The position numbers and the translations under genes were made by a program. Of a DNA stretch of 64,000 nt, positions 59,682 through 64,000 are shown piece after piece (the first letter of the stretch is position 1; every line of letters starts with the position of its first letter). The DNA is from Spirochaetia bacterium. Its GTDB lineage: Bacteria; Spirochaetota; Spirochaetia; DSM-2461. A model generated the notes under the pieces. The model was given only the letters and a program-made list of their open reading frames with translations, searched no databases and was not told where the DNA came from. Where the stretch lies: assembly GCA_963668315.1 (NCBI GenBank), contig OY764216.1, forward strand, positions 1,312,001-1,376,000. The letters run 5' to 3'.

Positions 59682-61466
59682 ATGAAGAGGATTATGAAAT
59701 CCCTGTTTGCAGCTCTGTTCCTGTCTCTGGCTTTCTTAAGCCCTGTGGCAGCCCTGGCGAATGCAGATAAGGGCCCTCAGACAATTACGATCCTTGGTAC
59801 GACGGATATCCACAGTAATATCATCGGATTCAGCTATGAGAATGACAAGGCGACGACAAATAACGGATTAGCCCGTCTTTACTCCTATGTAAAGGAAGTC
59901 CGGGAAGAGAATCCCAATGTCATCCTGATCGATAACGGAGACACCATTCAGGGAAATATCATGACCGATGATATTTATAATAAGAATGAAGATCTCCATC
60001 CGGTTATCGCCGCCATGAATTTCATGAAGTACGACTCCATGACTCTGGGAAACCATGAGTTCAACTTTGGTCCTGAGCTGATTTCGCGGATCGAGGACCA
60101 GGCTGATTTTCCCATCCTGGCAGCCAACCTGTCCAGAAAGGACGGTAAAAAGGCCGCCGAGGAGTATACCATCGTCAAGCGGAACGGCGTGAAAATCGGC
60201 ATCATCGGCCTGACCAATCCCAATGCCCCCCGATGGGACGGCGACAAGGTGGACGACTTCGAGTATGAATCCATTGCCACGGCCTGCCGGAGGGTTGTGG
60301 ACGAGATCAAGGACAAGGTCGATATCATTGTCGTTTCCGCCCATGCGGGGATGTTCGCCGAGTATGATGTGGACGGCGGTTCCGACGCGGCTGAAAAAAT
60401 CATCGACCTTTGCCCCGAAGTGGACGCCCTCCTCGTGGGCCATGCCCATATCACGGTGAGCGAAACCGTGGGCGATACCGTCGTGGGCGGCGCCCGCAAC
60501 ATGGGCCGTGAAATCGTCCGTTTCGATATTTCCCTGGACGGCGAAGGACATGTTTCCGACAGAAGCGTCTCCGTCATCGAGGCGGAAGGCTATGAGCCCG
60601 ATGCCGAGCTGATCTCACTTCCCGTCGTTGCCGAAGCCCATCAGCTCACCCGGGACTTCATCAGCGGAGGAGCGGGGGATCAGGAAGGACTGCCCGCCGG
60701 CGGCGGAATCTTCGGACAGGCCACGGAAAATTTCCAGCCTGTTAACGAAATCAACGGTATTCCCGAAGGCAAGCTGAGAGATACGGCCGTTGTCGATCTG
60801 ATCAACAAGGTTCAGCTGATGGAATCGGGGGCCGATGTTTCCGCCGCCGCCCTGTTCTCTGACCAGAGCGATATCAAAGCCGGAGACATTAATTACGGAA
60901 CCATTTTCGGTATCTACAAGTATGACAATACCCTTTACCGCGTGACCGTGACCGGCGAAGAGCTGAAAAACTATATGGAATGGTCCGCCGCCTGCTACAA
61001 CCAGTGGGTTCCCGGCGATATCAACATCAGCTTCAACCCCGACAAACCGGGCTACCTCTATGATATGTTCGCCGGTGTCGACTACCAGATCGATCTGTCC
61101 AAACCCGCCGGAGAGCGAATCGTCAATCTGATGTTCCACGGAGAGCCTCTCTCCCCCGATCAGACTCTGACCCTGGCTGTGAACAACTACCGCTACTCTT
61201 CGGCACTGAAAGCCTCCAAGCTGGTGGCTGGTACCCGGGAATGGGAATCCTCCAACTCCATCAGGGACATGCTGGTCAGTTACATCACCGAGCAGGGTAC
61301 TATTTCCCCCGAGGTTGATAATAACTGGAGCATTACCGGAGTGGATCTCTCATCACCTTACAGGGATGAGATTATTCAGAAGATCAATGCAGGGGAAATG
61401 GAAGTTCCCTATGCCGCATCTCTGAATGTAGACGAGCTTATGGCAGCAGGGGCCGTTTCCAACTAG
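59682..61466 (+). CDS. Secreted bifunctional 2',3'-cyclic-nucleotide phosphodiesterase / 5'-nucleotidase family protein
   Basis: Signal peptide; TTDIH, IDNGD.IQG, LGNHEFNFG, GHAH; C-terminal Y.YDN.L, LAVNNYR. Confidence 0.92.
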   Translation: MKRIMKSLFAALFLSLAFLSPVAALANADKGPQTITILGTTDIHSNIIGFSYENDKATTNNGLARLYSYVKEVREENPNVILIDNGDTIQGNIMTDDIYNKNEDLHPVIAAMNFMKYDSMTLGNHEFNFGPELISRIEDQADFPILAANLSRKDGKKAAEEYTIVKRNGVKIGIIGLTNPNAPRWDGDKVDDFEYESIATACRRVVDEIKDKVDIIVVSAHAGMFAEYDVDGGSDAAEKIIDLCPEVDALLVGHAHITVSETVGDTVVGGARNMGREIVRFDISLDGEGHVSDRSVSVIEAEGYEPDAELISLPVVAEAHQLTRDFISGGAGDQEGLPAGGGIFGQATENFQPVNEINGIPEGKLRDTAVVDLINKVQLMESGADVSAAALFSDQSDIKAGDINYGTIFGIYKYDNTLYRVTVTGEELKNYMEWSAACYNQWVPGDINISFNPDKPGYLYDMFAGVDYQIDLSKPAGERIVNLMFHGEPLSPDQTLTLAVNNYRYSSALKASKLVAGTREWESSNSIRDMLVSYITEQGTISPEVDNNWSITGVDLSSPYRDEIIQKINAGEMEVPYAASLNVDELMAAGAVSN

Positions 61467-61490
61467 TTCCTTGGATCTGCTTTAACTGAT

Positions 61491-61532
61491 AGGGGGCGCC
61501 GATCGAGCCGTTAAGACTCCGGCGCCCCTTTT
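61491..61532. terminator. Probable terminator between convergent genes
   Basis: GGGGCGCCG ... CGGCGCCCC then TTTT. Confidence 0.6.
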
Positions 61533-61544
61533 CTGGGGGAGAAT

Positions 61545-62240
61545 TTATCCTATGTGAGCCGAGCAGGATGCCGTCCACGGGGAATCCAGCTTGATCAGCC
61601 TGTTTTTCTTAAGATTTTCCCTGATGATCCACCGCATATGCTTTCCCGGAAGGTCCAATAGCTGCTCAAAGGCTGATTTACCCGCTTCCGGCTCTTTGCA
61701 GATCACCACACTCCAACCGTATCCCAGAGCCTTTTTCAGGGCCGTGCTCCCCTCATCCAGTCTTTCGTCATGGGAAAAAGGACGGGTCAGCTCTCCCAGA
61801 ATACCGAGTATTTCCCTGTTGGTTTTACTATCGTTCAGGAGCTTAGGTTCGCACAGACCGGCGACAACCGCTCTCCTTTCCAGCATGCTGCCCTTAATCA
61901 GAGGCCTGAGGGCCCCTATTACTTCCGGAAGTCTGTTCTCTGAAATTTCCTGGATCGCCATGGCGGCGGCTTCCCGGATTCTCCAGCTGCCGTGATTAGC
62001 CGTCTCCTTCAGAAAAGGTATGACAAGTGCCAGATCATCCCCATGGTAAAGGGAATAGGAGAGTACACCGCACATGGCCGCAAACTCTTCGGGGGAATTG
62101 CTGACATCCGGCTGTATATACTCCAGGCATTTCCCTATCTGATCCTCCGATGCGTTACGGGAAAAATCATACAATAGCGACAGATTGCCCCGGGGGCCGG
62201 GAAGATGCGAGTTGTCCAGGAGATATTGTATCGTGTACAT
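61545..62240 (-). CDS. Conserved hypothetical HEAT-repeat-like protein
   Basis: LL.NSHLPGPRGNL, WRIREAAAMAIQ, EPKLL, LGYGWSV, WIIRENLKKNRL; AGAGG RBS. Confidence 0.65.
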   Translation of the reverse strand: MYTIQYLLDNSHLPGPRGNLSLLYDFSRNASEDQIGKCLEYIQPDVSNSPEEFAAMCGVLSYSLYHGDDLALVIPFLKETANHGSWRIREAAAMAIQEISENRLPEVIGALRPLIKGSMLERRAVVAGLCEPKLLNDSKTNREILGILGELTRPFSHDERLDEGSTALKKALGYGWSVVICKEPEAGKSAFEQLLDLPGKHMRWIIRENLKKNRLIKLDSPWTASCSAHIG

Positions 62241-62270
62241 TATTTAACCTCTGCTTGCGGGAACATAATC

Positions 62271-62771
62271 TTAAAGCTCCATATCCACGGTAAAATTACC
62301 GTTAACGGAACTTCTTCCATCCCATGTGTCAGCCTTAATCCGGCCGGAGATGATATGGTTCTCCCTGTCCAGCCGGGTGATTTCCAATTCTCCGCTGTCG
62401 AACGTCACTCCCGTACCCAAGGCGCTGTAACCGAACAGGCATATCCCGTTATAGCCGAAGGTGCTTATGCTGTAGGTTTGCGGCAGGGAGCCCGATCCGA
62501 TCGAAAAGGAGAGATACGGGTATAGAACGGCATACGCTTCGTCTTCCCAGGGATCGTATCCGGCTATCGGATCGGAAGGCAGGAGAAAAATAACATATTT
62601 CTCTGATTCGGTTTTTGCATATCCGGACACAAACGAATAGGGTACGCTCCTCACCTGTCCCTGAAGGTTCTGATTTAAGAAGCCCTCCTCGGATGGGGTG
62701 GATTGTGCGGGACGGCAGCCTGACAGAATGACTGCCAGTACAGATAGAATAAGTAATTTAACTGTTTTCAA
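62271..62771 (-). CDS. Hypothetical lipoprotein
   Basis: MKTVKLLILSVLAVILSGC lipobox; beta-rich C-terminus; TTGA overlap with the upstream gene. Confidence 0.7.
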   Translation of the reverse strand: MKTVKLLILSVLAVILSGCRPAQSTPSEEGFLNQNLQGQVRSVPYSFVSGYAKTESEKYVIFLLPSDPIAGYDPWEDEAYAVLYPYLSFSIGSGSLPQTYSISTFGYNGICLFGYSALGTGVTFDSGELEITRLDRENHIISGRIKADTWDGRSSVNGNFTVDMEL

Positions 62772-63880
62772 TATAATTCTTCCTTCAGAAGTTCAAGAAA
62801 CCTGTCCGGCTCCTCAAAAATCGGGCTGTGGGCCGAATTCTCAAAAAGGTAAAATCCCTTTTGAGGAGCATCGAGAATCTCCAGATATTCCCGGGATAAC
62901 TCATAATTTACCGTATAGTCATTACTGCCGCTGATAAAGTACACGGGGATATTCAGTTTGCTGATCTTCTCCGGGAGTTTGGTATTCAGCATATCCCCCC
63001 TTAAGGGACTCTCCCCGACCAGTTTCCCCTTGGAGCTCCACAGGGTGATTTTTTCCGGCAGAGTATAGGCCCTGCAGATCATATGGGGAAGAAAAATCCC
63101 GGTGATAACCGAAGACATATTCTTCATCGTCCCGATGGACATCCTGTGCATGATGTAATCTCTGAAGCCGGAGTTCAGAAAACCGCTGATCTCTACTGTC
63201 TGAGTTTTCCGATCTATAAACTCTTCCAGTTTTTTCAGATCCTTTCCTCCGCCTCGGGATATCAGCTCCTCGCGGATGTACTGAAACGCCCTCATTTCCG
63301 ATTCTCTCTGATCGCTTATCTGTCCCACACCGATATAATAACGGAATAATTCCGGGTATTTTGAAGCCGCCTGAATCCCGATGAAAGAGCCCCAGGAGTG
63401 TCCCAGCAAAATAAGCTTTTCCCTCCCGAACCGCGAGCATAGGTAACGGGCGACTTCCGCTGTATCGTCTATAAGCGTCTCGGTTGTGATTTTACTCAGG
63501 TCCGCGTCGGAGCGGTAGGAAATTCCCGCTCCCCTCTGCTCCCAGAAACAGAGGGTAAAAGAGTCATAGATTTTCTGAAAAGAGGGATCGGCCAGAAAAT
63601 ATTCCGGCATTCCCGGTCCCCCGTGAAGAAATAATATGACGGGGTTTCGGTAGTCCTTTCCCCGTATGATCATTCCCTGCTCCGCACCGTTTATCTCCGT
63701 GAAAATCTTTTCCGAAATGACATATTGCCCCTGTCCTTCGGGTATGTCTTCAAAGGAATCCAGTTTCCCGGGGCTCCTTATCAATAGAAAGATAATGAGA
63801 ATTATCAGGACAGAGATGAGAGAAATCGACAGGCCTGTCAAAATCCTCCTCCCCATTCCCTTTGTACTCTTCTGCTGCAT
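62768..63880 (-). CDS. Membrane-anchored alpha/beta hydrolase (proline iminopeptidase-like)
   Basis: N-terminal TM; LFLHGGPG, WEQRGAG.S, GHSWGS, G.ND, FENSAHSP.FEEP. Confidence 0.9.
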   Translation of the reverse strand: MQQKSTKGMGRRILTGLSISLISVLIILIIFLLIRSPGKLDSFEDIPEGQGQYVISEKIFTEINGAEQGMIIRGKDYRNPVILFLHGGPGMPEYFLADPSFQKIYDSFTLCFWEQRGAGISYRSDADLSKITTETLIDDTAEVARYLCSRFGREKLILLGHSWGSFIGIQAASKYPELFRYYIGVGQISDQRESEMRAFQYIREELISRGGGKDLKKLEEFIDRKTQTVEISGFLNSGFRDYIMHRMSIGTMKNMSSVITGIFLPHMICRAYTLPEKITLWSSKGKLVGESPLRGDMLNTKLPEKISKLNIPVYFISGSNDYTVNYELSREYLEILDAPQKGFYLFENSAHSPIFEEPDRFLELLKEELY

Positions 63881-64000
63881 ATTATCACCCTTCTTCTCCT
63901 TTTATATTCCCATGAATACTAAAAGAGTGTTCGGTTTTTATTATACAGAAAAACCGCCCCGGAGAATATGGCGGAGAAGAAAAATCGCCAGAGTCCGGAT

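Overview
Bacterial chromosomal window. It is most likely from a free-living anaerobic spirochaete (inference: the solute-binding proteins have signal peptides followed by NGQxE, there are FSC/SGC lipoboxes, and TolC occurs alongside Firmicutes-like sugar ABC systems). Left to right: the 3' end of gcvPB, gcvT and a nitrilase; an orphan double-Cache histidine kinase; and a ~14 kb uronate/glycosaminoglycan-type catabolic operon (LplABC-like ABC, YiaK, two TIM-barrel isomerase/lyase-like proteins, a PreA-like FMN/Fe-S enzyme with a rewired active site, a signal-less heparinase II/III-like lyase, two Gfo/Idh/MocA dehydrogenases, a membrane AraC and a cupin). Next is an RND/TolC pump with an OmpR-type two-component system and a catalytically degenerate SDR; the pump and the SDR share an 18-bp upstream box. 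Then comes an AT-richer ~19 kb alpha-mannoside locus (GH38, GH125, a GH63-like enzyme, an Opp-type ABC, three different phosphoesterases, a PfkB kinase, a GntR-LacI repressor and a signal-less astacin protease). This locus contains a 16 x 9-bp tandem array built on the overlapping stop codons of two convergent genes. The window ends with a signalling cluster (MCP, REC-HD-GYP, two hybrid kinases, a wHTH-like protein) and miscellaneous hydrolases. I recognised no rRNA, tRNA, CRISPR array, integrase or IS. All assignments are from motifs read by eye; no database search was run.
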